Assembly (NCBI RefSeq): GCF_009914755.1 | Contig: NC_060931.1 | Length of the DNA stretch: 64,000 bases | DNA from: the human T2T-CHM13v2.0 reference genome, Homo sapiens | Reading direction: 5' to 3' (one strand) | Part shown: positions 36,593-57,818 of the stretch, one piece after another | Numbering within the stretch: the stretch's first letter is position 1 | Layout: every line of letters starts with the position of its first letter | Notes under the pieces: model-generated | What the model was told of the DNA's origin: nothing | The model's database searches: none | Seen by the model: only the letters and a program-made list of their open reading frames with translations | Position numbers and translations under genes: made by a program

Positions 36593-39559
36593 AAGCCTAT
36601 AGTAGAATAAAGCAGAGGATCAGTGGAAATGAGGATTTTAATTAAATATGAAATATATATTATATATGATATATAAATATTATATATAATTAATAATTAA
36701 ATATATTTGTATAATATATTCACTTAACTCTTTGGTGGATATAAATAGTAATGCCTAAACAAATATTTTAAAATAGGAATAGTTTCTGAAATTACCAAAT
36801 TCTTCTCGAAATTTGGGGATTAATAAAGTATGAAAACAAACAATTGGTAGGGCCTTGCAACGCTTCTAAACAGTAGCTGCCACAAAAACATAAGCCACAA
36901 GCAAAGTGACTCATCTGTAGGAAGTGGGAGTCTCCTTCCATAGAGACTGTTAGGCTGAAGTAGGAATTAGATACATGTATATTTAGGAGCTCTCTCTGAT
37001 CACCCTATAAATACTAATTGTGGAAACACCAGATCTACTGGCAGGTCTGGTATTGCTGATTTTTGGAGGAACTGGTGAGTTTTTGCCACTCTCTTGTTGA
37101 GTCTTTATTAAATCAGGACACTTGCTAAGGTGAACAGTGTCCTTGTTAGGCAGCTACGGCTATGGATGATGCTACGGGATAATGTTACGTCTACCTAACA
37201 CTAGATGGTAATAAAGTCCAAAACTCTTTGACATGGCCTAGAAAGCCCTTCAAATAAAGAAATATTCAACATGTATAAGCACCTACCATGTGAAGGGCAT
37301 GATACTGGTGGCTATTAGGAGTGGGGAGGGGTAGATACCAAAGCCATTTTTAAAAAGTAGTACCTGAATCAGGGCCAGTTTCTGCCTCATCTCCACCTAT
37401 TCCACCTAGCCAAACAGTCTGGTTTTTGTTTTTGTTTTCATACTCCTGTGCATTTGCCCAGAGGCTGCTCTTTCAGCCTGGAAAGCTCTATCTGATTCTG
37501 TACTTTCTCTGACTCCACTCACATAGGCTATATTGCTTCTTTATCTGTGCCCCATGGTTCTTCCCTCCCTGGCGCCTGGCTAGAGGCATCACTGCACTGT
37601 GTTATTGTCAGCTGTCTGCCTCTCTCCCAGGAGTATGAACTCCTTGAGGGCAGAGACTAGATCAATTTCCATTTTCTGTTTATAATCCCAGCTTCCAGCA
37701 CAGACTTGTTCCACAGAACGTAGTTGGTAAATGTGAGTTGAATAAACAAACCAACAAACAGATGATAGTATTTTCAGGAGGAAAACAAAAGGAAAAAAAG
37801 TTGAAAGGGGAAGCTCTGTTTTCACTAAAAAGGGAATTGCCAATATATTGGGAGATAGTATGTATCTGAGTGTATCTGAATATATCTCATTGGGAAGCCA
37901 GAACTATGAAAAAATTCTATCCCAAGGCAGATTTTTTTAAACAAAAAATGTTAATCGTCAAAAGGCTTGGAGTATTATTGACTGTAAAAACAATTCTATC
38001 CAAAAAGATAATGCAACTAAGTAAAAATCTCAAAATACAAAATGGTGATGCTTGGAACATATAGTGACTGGATTTTTTCAATGTAGACAAAGTTCCAAAG
38101 AAAACTAAATTATTCACCATATTTAATTCTAGTCAGGGTCAGGCGGGTAGTGTTTGATCACTCAGCAGAATTGTATCCAGGAGATTTAAAGTTTGTGAAG
38201 GATACTTACAGGGGGAACCAAGAAGTATCCAACCTATTTGAACCAACTCATAAGATCATTCGTGAGTTGTGATTATTATCATAATCGGAGTGATTTGTAA
38301 CAAATATACTAGGATATCTAAATGACTATTGTTTTTAAGGCAGTGTCTTTGAGAGGCCATAATGGCTTTTTCCAGTGATGCTGCCACACAGCAAAAACAC
38401 ACACAAAAACGAACAAACAAAAGGCATTAAGCCTTCCCTTTTGGAGCCATTTTCAGAGTCACTCATGGGACACATAAGATTTGGGAAAAGAAATCCATGT
38501 GAGATGATATTTATTCTGGGTTGTTCCAATGAGAAAATTTAAAATATGTGGATTTTTCAAGAGACTAGTTTCAAAGCAATAAAAGTAATTTTCTGAGGAT
38601 TTGAGTCATCCAACAATGAAATAAGCTTTTGAAAATGTGCTATTTTCACTAAAGATGTTCAAGCAAACACTAGATGATCACAAATAGAAGTGATACAAAA
38701 TTCATGTATTTCAAAGTCCTTTTGAAATCTGAGAATCTGTGATTCTAAAATATCTGAATACTAAATGTATATTATAGTTTGCATGTATCGAGCCCAGGTC
38801 TGTGTTCAAATGTTACCTTACTACAGAGATCTTCCCAGATGAAATATTACCCCCAAAATCTTCCTTCCATTTTACCCTGCTCTATTTTTCTCCATAGAAC
38901 TTCTCTCTAATGTGTTCTATATTTACATGTTTGTCTAGATATTGTCTGTCTCTCCCATCTAGAATGTAAGCTCTGTGGAGGAAGGAACTTCGTTGATTTT
39001 GTTCACTTCTCTAAGCCAAGCAACTAAATTAGAATCTGGCATGTAATATGTGTTTAGTCAATTGTCCAATAAAACTTAGCAAAAAAAGGATGTTACTGAA
39101 CAATTACAAACATGAGAGAGATAGGGTAAAACACAATTCCAGTGTTTCTTCGCACATATTTATATACCCTAAAACTCGCACAGTAGTCAACCTATCACAT
39201 GTGGCCAATATGTATTGTTGAAAGAATGAACTCATGCTATCATTTATATGTCTTTTCTTCTTTTTTTCCCAAAAGCACACAGATTTTTACATGGCTGTAA
39301 TCCTTATTCATCTTTTCACCTAAATTGTGGTACTAGAGCTGAATGACTCATCTCATGCATCAGATTTGGCTATCATGACTTGATGTCATTGCCAAAAATC
39401 AAACCCATTCAAATAAAAAAGATGGGCCCTTGCTGAGCTGAGGTTACACAAAAGCATATGCTACAGGCTGTAAAAAAAAAACAAAAAAACAAAAACAAAA
39501 AACAAAAAAAACACACAAATGAACTCATTATTTCTAATTCAATCATTATCTCTCTCATT

Positions 39560-41420
39560 AGCATCACTGAAAAGTGTCAGTTATTTTTGGAGTAGAATAT
39601 CATAACAAGTTAAGATCAAAATAGCTAGCCAAAACATTCTCACAAGAGAGCAAAGTCAGATAGACTTATACACATTCTGATTTCAAAACTTATTATAAAG
39701 CTACAATAATTAAGACCATGTGATTTTGCATAAGGATAGATATATAGATTTATAGAACAGACTTGACTGTCTAGAAATAAACCCATGTATTTACGGTCAG
39801 TTAATTTTCCACAAAGGTTCCAAGGTAATTCAATAGAGGAAAGTATCGTTTTTTTCAACAAATGGTGCTAGGACAATTGAATATCTGTGTGCAAAAAGAT
39901 AAATTTGGGCCAAGTGTTGTCACTCACGCCTGCAGTCCCAGCACTTTGGGAGGCCACGGTGGGGGCAGCATTTGAGTCCATGAGTTTGAAACCAACCACC
40001 TGGGCAACATGGCAAAACAGTGTCCCTACAAAAAATTAAAAAAAAAAAGATTAACTGGGCGTGGTTGCTTGCTGTCTCTAGTCCCAGCTACTCCGAAGGC
40101 CGAGGTGGGAGGATCACCCAAGCCCAAAAGATAAGAGGCTACAGTGAGCTATGATGGTGCCATTACACTCCAGCCTGGGCAACAGAGTCAGACTCCGCCT
40201 AAAAAAAATAAAAATAAAAAAGATGAATATATAACTTTACCTTACATATACACATAAATAAGTCAAAATGGGTAGGAAATCTAAATAAAACTAAAACTAT
40301 ACAACTTTCACAATAAAATATGAGTAAATCTCTGTGGCCTTGGGTTGGAAAAAAATTTTCTTCTTTTTTTTTTTTTTAATGAGACAGAGTCTCGCTGTCA
40401 CCCAGGCTGGAGGGCAGTGGTGCCATCTTGGCTCACTGCAGCCTCGGCTTCCTGGGTTCAAACCATTATCCCACCTCAGCCTCCTAAGTAGCTGGGTTTA
40501 TAGGCATCTGTCACCATGCTCAGCTAATTTTTGTATGTTTACTAGAGACAGGGTTTTGCCATGTTGGCCAGGCTGGTCTCAAACTCCTGGGCTCAAGTGA
40601 TCTGCCCACCTCAGCCTTCCAAAGTGTTGGAATTACAGGCGTGAGCCACCGTGCATGGCCAGAAAAAGATTTCTTAACTATAACACCAAGCAATACAACA
40701 AAAAAATTGATAAATTGGTCTTGGACTTCACCAAAATTTAAAAAGTTTGCTCTTCAAAATGAATCAAAAGACAAGCCCCAGAATAGAAAAAAAAAGTCAT
40801 ATACCTAATAAAATATTTGTCTCCAGCACATATAAAGATTCTTACAACTCAATAATAAGGAGACAATTAACCCAATTTTAAAATGGGCATAAGCAAGAGA
40901 TTGAGGCTGCAGTGAGCTATGATCACTCCACTGCACTCCAGCCTGGGTGACCGAGCAAGACCCTGTCTCAAAAAGTTGTTTAAAAAAGGGGGAGGTAAGA
41001 TTTGAATAAATATTTCACCAAAGAAGATATAAGGTGGCCAATAAACACATGAAATGATGAACATCTTACTAGGGAAATGAAAATTAAAACTATCATTTGA
41101 CACCCTCTAAAATGACTATAATAGAAAGACAAGCAATAATAGGTGAGGATGTCGAGAAACCGGAACTCTCATTCATTGCTGATGGGAATGTAAATTGGTA
41201 CAGCCGTTTCGGAAAACAGTTTTTTACAGTTTCTTAAAAAGTAAATTTACCATATAACCCAGTAATTCTGCTCCTACATATCTACTCAAAATAAATGAAA
41301 ACCTGAGGTTACTCAAACACTTGCATGTAAATGTTCATAGAAACTTTATTCATAGATAAAAGGTAGAAACCCAAAGCTAGAAACAACCCAAATATTCACC
41401 AGCTGCTGAAGGTATAATCA
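39560..41420 (+). mobile_element. Old L1M ORF2/3' relic interrupted by AluJ (+, 39907-40220), AluJ (-, 40355-40660) and an Alu 3' fragment (40895-40975)
   Basis: tgatttcaaaacttattataaagctaca; ttcaacaaatggtgctagga; ggaactctcattcattgctgatgggaatgtaaa. Confidence 0.85.
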
Positions 41421-41699
41421 GAATATCATGTACTATACATGTATTGATAAATGTATTTTTGTATGCATTAATATTTTTAATAGATTTTACATATCTATAA
41501 AATGGTGTTATATTTATGGAGTCCTATAAACTATGGATTTATTTTAACATATACACAACAATATGCTCATATATAATTTCTTTTTTTAATTTGTGCAAAT
41601 GTATGGAGTACATAAGAAAATTTGTTGTATATATATAATATGTAGTGATTAAGTCATATATATAATTTCAAATTAGCATCTCTTCCATTTTCAGGCCAG

Positions 41700-41895
41700 A
41701 TACAAATCTGGGCTCAGATTCTAGCTCTCTCACTTCTTAGCTCTGTGCTCCCATGCTAGTAACTTAACCTCTCTGAGTGTGTACTAGTTAAGTACAGGCA
41801 CTAATGTACACCTTACAGGACTGTAGAATTAAAGGAGATAATGCTTAACACTGGAATGGCATAATGTCAGTCCTTAATAAATCATATCCAGTATT
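41700..41895 (+). mobile_element. MIR
   Basis: ctgggctcagattctagctct...gttaacttaacctctctgag. Confidence 0.7.
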
Positions 41896-42379
41896 ATTAT
41901 TTGTATTTTTCGAGTTTCATTTGCAAGTCTAGATTTTTACTAGTAATCATGGTGAGTAGGAAGAAGCATTTCGTTCAGTGGAGAAAGACACCTCTCTGTA
42001 CTTTCAGCTCTCCAACTTCTGACGTTTCACTTAATCTCTGAGAGCCTCAGTTGCCAACATCTATAAATGAGAATCATGTTATTCATCTCACAGTATTTAT
42101 GATTAGAAAAACTTATTGAAGTGCTTTGTAAACTGCAAAGTAGGATAAAATTATGAAATACTATATTATTATGACCTTTTGTCCCCATCAATACCACCTA
42201 CAGTATGTTTATAGAAGAACCAAAATAACTACCCATGGAGTATTGTGGAGACATTTCTCAACCCTAAGATTATAATGAAAGAATCTTTTCATGGCCATGG
42301 AGGTGGTGGCAAGTCATTTTCAAAATAAATTTTATTTCCCTGTTGTTTGAATACAAAGTGAGAAGAACTGTGTTACTCC

Positions 42380-42622
42380 TTATCTGAAACACTCTGCCTG
42401 TCCTCATGAGCTATCAGACTCAGCTAAATATGGCCCTGGCCAGTATGTTAATAATCCCCACTGGTTCTGAGACCTCCATCCACCACCGATGTGACATTCT
42501 TTGTGTTCAAATGTCTAGCTGACGTCTGATGCTTAAAACAGCCCATGCCTTCACCCCTCTCTGCATTGTCACAGCCCTGTATCACCACTCTTAAAAGGCT
42601 CCCACAGCCACTCCTAGCACCA
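42380..42622 (+). promoter_or_regulatory. LMOD2 proximal promoter
   Basis: GATA sites (TTATCT 42380, CTATCA 42411), MADS-type CTAAATATGG 42424-42433, TGACGT 42520, TATA-like CTTAAAAG near 42590; about 100-340 nt upstream of the LMOD2 ATG. Confidence 0.7.
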
Positions 42623-42719
42623 GTTGTTGACCAGCCTGCCACTTGCCTCCCTGCCTGCTTCTGGCTGCCTTGAATGCCTGGTCCTTCAAGCTCCTTCTGG
42701 GTCTGACAAAGCAGGGACC

Positions 42720-50503
<7,784 letters not shown>

Positions 50504-50684
50504 AAACATGATCTTTAGAAGAGGATGCAGAACTGTTCAGTGGTATTACATGAAATGCATTGTGAGATGTTTCTAAAATACCTTCTTCAATTCAAAATGA
50601 TCCCTGACTTTAAAAATAATCTCACCCATTAATTCCAAAGAGAATCTTAAGAAACAATCAGCATGTTTCTTCTGTAAATATGAA

Positions 50685-51021
50685 AATAAATTTCTTTTTT
50701 ATGTCGTGAGATTTGTATTGGCAAGAAGCAGTTAATTTAAAGATGCTCTTCCTATCTGTGGATGTGTTGGTAACTCCGAGTTGTAATGAGTTCATGAAAT
50801 GTGCTGTTATTTTTGTAATCTCAATAAATGTGGATTGAAGTTTTTTCCCTTTTTTTAAAGCCAAACTAATATTTTTCTGTGACTTGATACATCTGTCAGA
50901 TTTTTGTAATCTCGATAAATGTGTATTGAAGTTTTTTCCCTTTTTTTAAAAAGCCAAACTAATATTTTTCTGTGAGTTAATACATCTGTCAGGTGTGTAT
51001 GTAACATTACTGGACATTAAA
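50685..51021 (+). terminator. LMOD2 polyadenylation signals (AATAAA 50685, AATAAA 50823, ATTAAA 51016)
   Basis: Hexamers with upstream TGTA and downstream T/GT-rich elements in the last exon. Confidence 0.7.
50809..50992 (+). repeat. Tandem duplication, 2 x about 91-93 bp, in the LMOD2 3'UTR
   Basis: atttttgtaatctc(a/g)ataaatgtg...catctgtcag occurs at 50809-50899 and 50900-50992. Confidence 0.95.
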
Positions 51022-51139
51022 AAAAAATATTACATTCTCACCCAAAAAGGGTTTGGGTCCTAAGCATTTGCCTTTCTTTGTTTCCTCTTGTTCAAGAAAA
51101 TCTGATTAGATCTCTTTCTAAAGGACTGCAAGCAATAAT

Positions 51140-51455
51140 TTTTTTTTATATTTTATTTATTTATTTATTTTTTTGAGACAAGTCTTGCTCTGTTACCCAG
51201 ACTGGAGTACAGTGGCACAATCATAACTCACTGCAGCCTCAAACTCCTTGGCTCCACTGATCCTTCTGCCTCAGCCTCTGGAGTCCCTAGGACTACAGGC
51301 ATGCACCACCACGCCTGTCTAACAATTTCATTTTTTTGTAAAGACGGGGTCTCACTGTGTTGCCTAGACTGGTTTCCAACTCCTGGGCTCAAGAGATCCT
51401 CCCACCTGGGGCTCCCAAAGCACCGGGATTATAGGCGTGAGCTAGCGTGCCCAGT
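51140..51455 (-). mobile_element. AluJ-type
   Basis: Reverse Alu immediately 3' of LMOD2. Confidence 0.92.
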
Positions 51456-54227
51456 AAGAACTTTCTTCAAAGTGAGATAAAACGTTGCAAAAAGATCATC
51501 AATGTGATCATTATCATCTTAGATTCATTGATGCTAGACCCAGGATGGTAGCTGATGCTTCCATATTTCCAGAAGTACCATAGGTACCCAGATGTTGATT
51601 CAATCATTTATTATAAAAATGAATGATCTCTGGAAGGAATAAAATTGAAAAGAAGTTTCTTGGTAGGAAGGAAATAAGTGCTAGAGGAATGCTGGAAGGT
51701 AAGACCCCTAAATTCAAAGCTACCTTTTGGCTGATGCTAAGGATGGACCATTCAAGTCTCTCTTTGAGCTCTCCTTGGATAAGCCTTAGTCTAGTGGGTC
51801 TCTACACAAATCACGATGATGCTAACATTCACAAAATAGACATGGGGACATGGAGCACATGCATTTTTTCCAGCTATCCTTCTACTCCTGTCGCTCAAGA
51901 AGTGTCTGAATTCAAATAAGAGAAAGACATATTGAATTACCTTTACTTCACTCTAGTGCTCCACTCTAATTTATGAAAGTTATAAATCCCTCTAAAGTCC
52001 TTTGTATTAACTATGATTAGCGATGTATCCTTTGTGTCCTACAGATTATAACAGTGATCTTGGCAAACTCTCTGAGTCACCCAATAAGTAATTGTTTGCT
52101 TCATATACAGAGCTTTGGATTATCTCCAATCAAGAGGATTGTGTTTCACTAGAAAATCTCTCCCATAGTCCTTCGGCCTGGCTCTTTGAGTCTGTTTCTG
52201 CTGTTCAGCCATTCTTTTACAGAATAACAACTGACATAATCACTTAAAAAGGATCCCAGTGGCCCATGAGCTAGTTGGTGCCCTGATTCCATGTGAGGGA
52301 AGGGAGGTGACTGATATTTTCTGAACTAAGTTGTCTCATGTTTTCACAACAACATTAAAAGGTGCCATTGCAATTTTATAGTTGAGTAAACCGAGGTACA
52401 GAGAGGGTAAGGCTGGTGTCTCTGACTGTAAAGCTCATGCTCCTTCCGTGTCACTGCACCTCTCTTCTTCCACCCAGACTTAGCCTCCCAAGGTTTGCTG
52501 TTCTTAGAACAGTGGAGATCTTCATTTCCCTTGGTAGAGACTTCACTATTTTCACCTCATGGTCACAATTACATTCATTCTTGTTCAAGGAAATAAAAGG
52601 TAAAATGTACGTTTTTAAAAGGCATTTATGTGTGCAGGTGTGTGAATTTAGAACAGAAAGCCAAGGCAGGCCTTCCCTTCCTCTGACCCTTGTGTGTGCA
52701 TGAAGACAGGGCTCTTCTAAGTCAAAGGGTTGTGAGAGGTGAACAGCTTCCACCTCCAGTCTGATGAGGCAGAGGAGCAAAAGTTTGCTGATAAACTGGG
52801 TCATTGATTAAACCATGCAGAGATCCCAGGAGCGGAGTGTGGCAGCCCTCCTGAATAAAGAGGAAAAGGCTAGCATGAGTATTACCAGGAGCTGGTTGGG
52901 CTGGGGAGACTGGCCAAGCCTTCTCACCAGAAGCAAGTGATAAGGAGACATGTTTTCTCCTTTGCATTTTAACAGGCTGCCTTGCTGTGGCTTTCTGTGC
53001 CTTAAGAGAGAGCAACATGTACTTACTACAGACTTCACAAAGTTTAAGTGAAGATACAGGCTCTCACATCAATCTAAGAAACAAAGTTATAAAGCATATA
53101 ATAAGACAAGTATAATACGGTCAGATTCTAAGTGGGCACATTTATCATTATGAAAAAAGCATTTCTAGAATGTGTTATTTCAGAATCCAGTACTGTAAAC
53201 ATGCAAAATATTATGATGATCATTATTCAGCACAGAACAGGGATCCTGGTCCATCCTCCCTGGAAACTCATAGAGCTGATATGAAAACTAATTAGTTCAT
53301 CCTCTATAAAGAGCTCTCAACTCACTGGGAGAGAGACTGTCCAAGACCAGATGAAGTGTTTAGGCTCTGATTAATGTGGGCATGTTAATCTCAGAAAGTA
53401 CAGCTCAGTACAGCTCATCCTGATTTGAAACAGGGCCAGGATGCTGAGTCCCCCTGCTTCATGAGCCCTGCTGCCACAGGTATTTAATAACTCGGTGTCA
53501 GCAGGATCTTGATTTAATACCTGCCCTGAGACTGTTACTACCACAGGGTGAAAGGAAGAGGTAATTACAGGCTGCAATGTCTCTATGCAGATGCACTAAA
53601 GACAGGGGTAAATCAATATGCTCTTGAAAATATCTCATAACTACTTCCTTTCTCGACATAGTTAAAGCTGCCTCTTCCTTGTTTCTCTGAAGCTCTTAAG
53701 GTGGACTTTTATTTCCATAAATTGCCAAATGTATGATATAAAAGACTACAAGTTGATCTAAAACTTACAAAACTCAGAAATATGGCACCAATATTGGTGC
53801 ACTTAACATCACAAATATTTTCTGACTGCCTGCTGTGTTCCAGATATCTTCCAAACACTGGAGGTAAACAGTGAGCAAAGGCAATAGAACCCCTGTCCTC
53901 ATGTAACTTACATTCTAGTGTAAGGAGGAAGCTTACACTACTCCTTCATGCATTCTGCATTTATATATCAAGTGGCTTCTATGGACAGGGCACTCTCCTC
54001 CAGGCTTGGGAGACCAAGCTGAATTAGAAAGTGTCTTCTACCTCAGAGCAGTGGGAATTTTAAGGAAAGCAACACTTCCAGAAGAGTAAAAATTTTCTTA
54101 GTTCACAGGCTGTACAAAAATAGGTGTTGGATGGCTTCAGCCTGTGAACCACATTTTATCATAGATCCCTGACCTACAGCAGACTCTGGATCAAGGAAAG
54201 CTTCGCCAAGAATGTGACACTACCAGA

Positions 54228-54527
54228 ATTTTTTTTTTTTTTGAGATGGAGTCTCGCTCTGTCGCCCAGGCTGGAGTGCAGTGGTGCAATCTCGGTTCAC
54301 TGCAAGCTCCGCCTCCCGGGTTCAAGCCATCCTCCTGCCTCAGCCTCCTGAGTAGCTGGGACTACAGGCACCCACCACCATGCCTCGCTAATTTTTTTTT
54401 TTTTTTAAAGTAGAGATGGGGTTTCACCGTGTTAGCCAGGATGGTCTTCATCTCCTGACCTCGTGATCTGCCCACCTCGGCCTCCCAAAGTGCTGGGAGT
54501 ACAGGCGTGAGCCACTGCACCCGGCCG
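54228..54527 (-). mobile_element. AluY-like
   Basis: TSD gacacta(c/t)cagaatttt. Confidence 0.95.
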
Positions 54528-54901
54528 ACACTATCAGAATTTTTAAACAATAAAGTCACCAGTCTGGGAAAAAAAAGTCTCACAGGTGTAGGGATTGGGA
54601 AAGACATTTCAATTTGAGGAAAAAGGCTAGTATAAAAAATGGTTGGAAACCATAGGATTTAATGTCATTCTGTAAAAAGCAATTTGGTAAAAAGTTAATA
54701 TTTTAGTTTTTCTAGTATTGATAATTTTGGTGGACTAAGAATATAAATATTGTGTAGTTTCTGTATGGTCTTTTCTTTTTAGAACTAAAATGGTGTGTGA
54801 TCATTAAGAAGGATCAGAACACACATATAAACAAAAGAACATAAAGAACCCCATTATCCCATCCACACAGAACAATTACTGATAACTCCTTAGTACATAT
54901 C

Positions 54902-55211
<310 letters not shown>

Positions 55212-55639
55212 TAGTGCATCTTTAAAAATTCTTCTCAATACATATTTGAACACACACATAACTATTTTTTTCTTCAAAAAGAAGATAGTTTACATACCAT
55301 TAAGATCCTATTTTATTTAAGCAATTTCAAGAACTGTTGGATATTTAGATTATTTTGATTAGCCCAGTCTCTGGTGTTATATATTTTGTTTGTCCCAGCT
55401 CTTCCCTTAGTATTTAGCTACTGTAACTTTTAACTTTTCCAAAAGCCCTTAGAAGAAATGATTTAGCTGTGACAAATCACAGCTAAAAAGCCATCTCCCA
55501 GATAGATTAGAGTGGTGTGGCATCATTGTGGTACACCAAAACTGGAAATTAGGTTTCAACTAAATTGTCATGTTTACCAAGTTTCTGTGAGACAAATTAT
55601 ATGACAATCTGAACCACAGAGCATGTATTTGTAAGATGC

Positions 55640-56560
55640 ATTTTTAAAAGCCAGTACAATTTTATCTGAATAAGAAGGCTGATATGGGCTGAGTGTCACA
55701 GGAGTCTGTCCTGAGCAACTTAGTGTAAGCTAGGGAATGTGGACTTAATTATGAAAAGCCAAGAGGAGCATCAAAGGAGCTCAAGAGGAGAAGTGACATG
55801 TTATTTATATAGGTTTTAAAAATATGACTTCTGTAACCAATAGAAGAATGGATTCAGTGAGGCCTAGGCTGGTGGTGGTAAGACCAGTTAGGAGACCACT
55901 GTAATGATCTAAGAACGAAGTGATGCAGACTGAACGATGAACTCTGTGTAGGTGTGAAGAGGCTGGAACAGATAGAGCAGAGACTAGGAAAGCATAAACT
56001 CCCCAGAATTTGGTTACTAGTTAGCTATAGGGGGCGGGTTGGGGGAGGGGGTGAGCAACAAAAGAGAGGAGACTAGCATGACACTTGTATTCCTAGCTGG
56101 GCCATCTGGGTGGTCCAAAATGGCATAAAACGGAGTAGGAAATACAGCAGAAGCAGGTTTGGGAGGGAGAAAGATGAGTTTAATTTAAAACACATGGTGT
56201 CTGAGGTGCCTATCCATTTGAATGTGTGGGTCTAAAATCGTGGGGGTGGGATTTGCGCTGGAAGTAAGGATATGCGGGTCATGTGTTATGAATGGTATTT
56301 AAGGGTAGGGGTTTGGATAAGGTCACTCAGGAAGAGTGTGGAGAATGACAGAGGCTGAGTATGACCAGAGAGGGCAGAGATAAGCCAGTCATGTTGTAGA
56401 GCAGAGAGCTATATTACGAAAGGCGGGGTCAACGGCATAAAATGCCTCAGTGAGTCCTAGAGCTAGAAAGTGTTTACCTGAACATTGACCTTGGTGAGAG
56501 CAAGTTCATGGGACAGTGGAGGTGGAAATCAGATTGTAGGAGTGGTGTGGCACAACTCAC
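55640..56560 (-). mobile_element. L2 fragment
   Basis: agaccagttaggagaccactgtaat; gcaggtttgggagggagaaagatgagttt; tgaggtgcctatcc. Confidence 0.7.
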
Positions 56561-57506
56561 CAAGACGAAGAGTGTAGTGCAGTCCTTCAAAAAGTGAGCA
56601 CACTGCTCTGGTGGAGACTCAGAGGTTCCCCAAAGTCTCAGGATAAAAAAGGCACATCTTCTAGTATATTATTTGACTTGACATGAGAAAAAACATTTCT
56701 CATATAAAGGTATATAAACTTATATCTAAGATCCAAATAAAGTCAACTGAAAACTTAATTCTCTCCATGACAGCTCAAAGTGTTATGCAAGATTTCTGAG
56801 AATTCCTGGATGGAGGGGTGGGGGCTGGAGTCTTGCATGCAATTCCTGGATGGAGGAGTGGGGGCTGGAGGCTTGTATGCTCATGGTCCTCTTTGGTTTC
56901 ATACTCTAAGCATGCATCTTGCAAACTCATGATTAATGCCACTATTCCAAACTACATTGACCACATCAGCCCTCATGCTTAACTTCCATAGACTCAACAC
57001 AGCATGAAATTTTGGGAAATGAAGATGAGGTTGAGATTACAGCAACATAAACAACTTCAAATTGAGTATTAGATGCCCTATGACGAAAAATCCTCTGGCT
57101 AACACCACCAGAAATTTATTCCCACTGGCTATTTTGTTTTCTTGTTGGTTTATCCCTTCTTTCCTCTTCTCATGATTCTGCTTCATTACCACTCTCCTAG
57201 ATTACTCTTGAGAATCCCAAATTCTTTCACTCTTTTATGTACTGCAAGTTCAGCTCTCTCCACCCTCCTCCCAAAGGCAGCTCTAGCTCTACCGCTGCAT
57301 ACCCAAATGGGTCAATATGACCAGCAGATACATCTTTTATTTAATAGAAGCCACTCCAAAGTTGTAGTTGTGAAGAAAATTTTCTTCCCTTTGGAAAATG
57401 GTACATCTCCTTGGTCACCACAAAAACCCTTGCTAAGTCACTCATAATCTGTTATCTGGACTATTGCATCGCTGAGGATGCCTAACTGGTTTCTCCATCT
57501 TCATCC

Positions 57507-57818
57507 TTTTTTTTTTTTTTTTTTTTTTTGAGACAGGGTCTTGCTCTGTTACCCAGGCTGGAGTGCAGTGGCATGATCACGGCTCATTGCAACTTCGAAT
57601 TCCTGGGCTTAAGTGATCCTCTTCACTCAGCCTCTCGAGTACTAAGGCTACAGGCATGCGACACCATGCCCAGATAATTTTTAAATTTTTTGTAGAGATG
57701 GGGGTCTCATTGTGTTGCCCAGGCTGGTCTCAAACTCCTAGACTCAATAAATCCTCCTGCCTTGGCCTCCCAAACTGCACTCCCAAATGAGTGCAGGTGT
57801 GAGCCACTGCACTTGGCC
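57507..57818 (-). mobile_element. AluJ-type inserted in L2
   Basis: Reverse Alu with T-tail. Confidence 0.92.

Noticed and set aside
37840-37851. ccaatatattgg as a CArG box
   Set aside because: Eight A/T bases between CC and GG rather than six.
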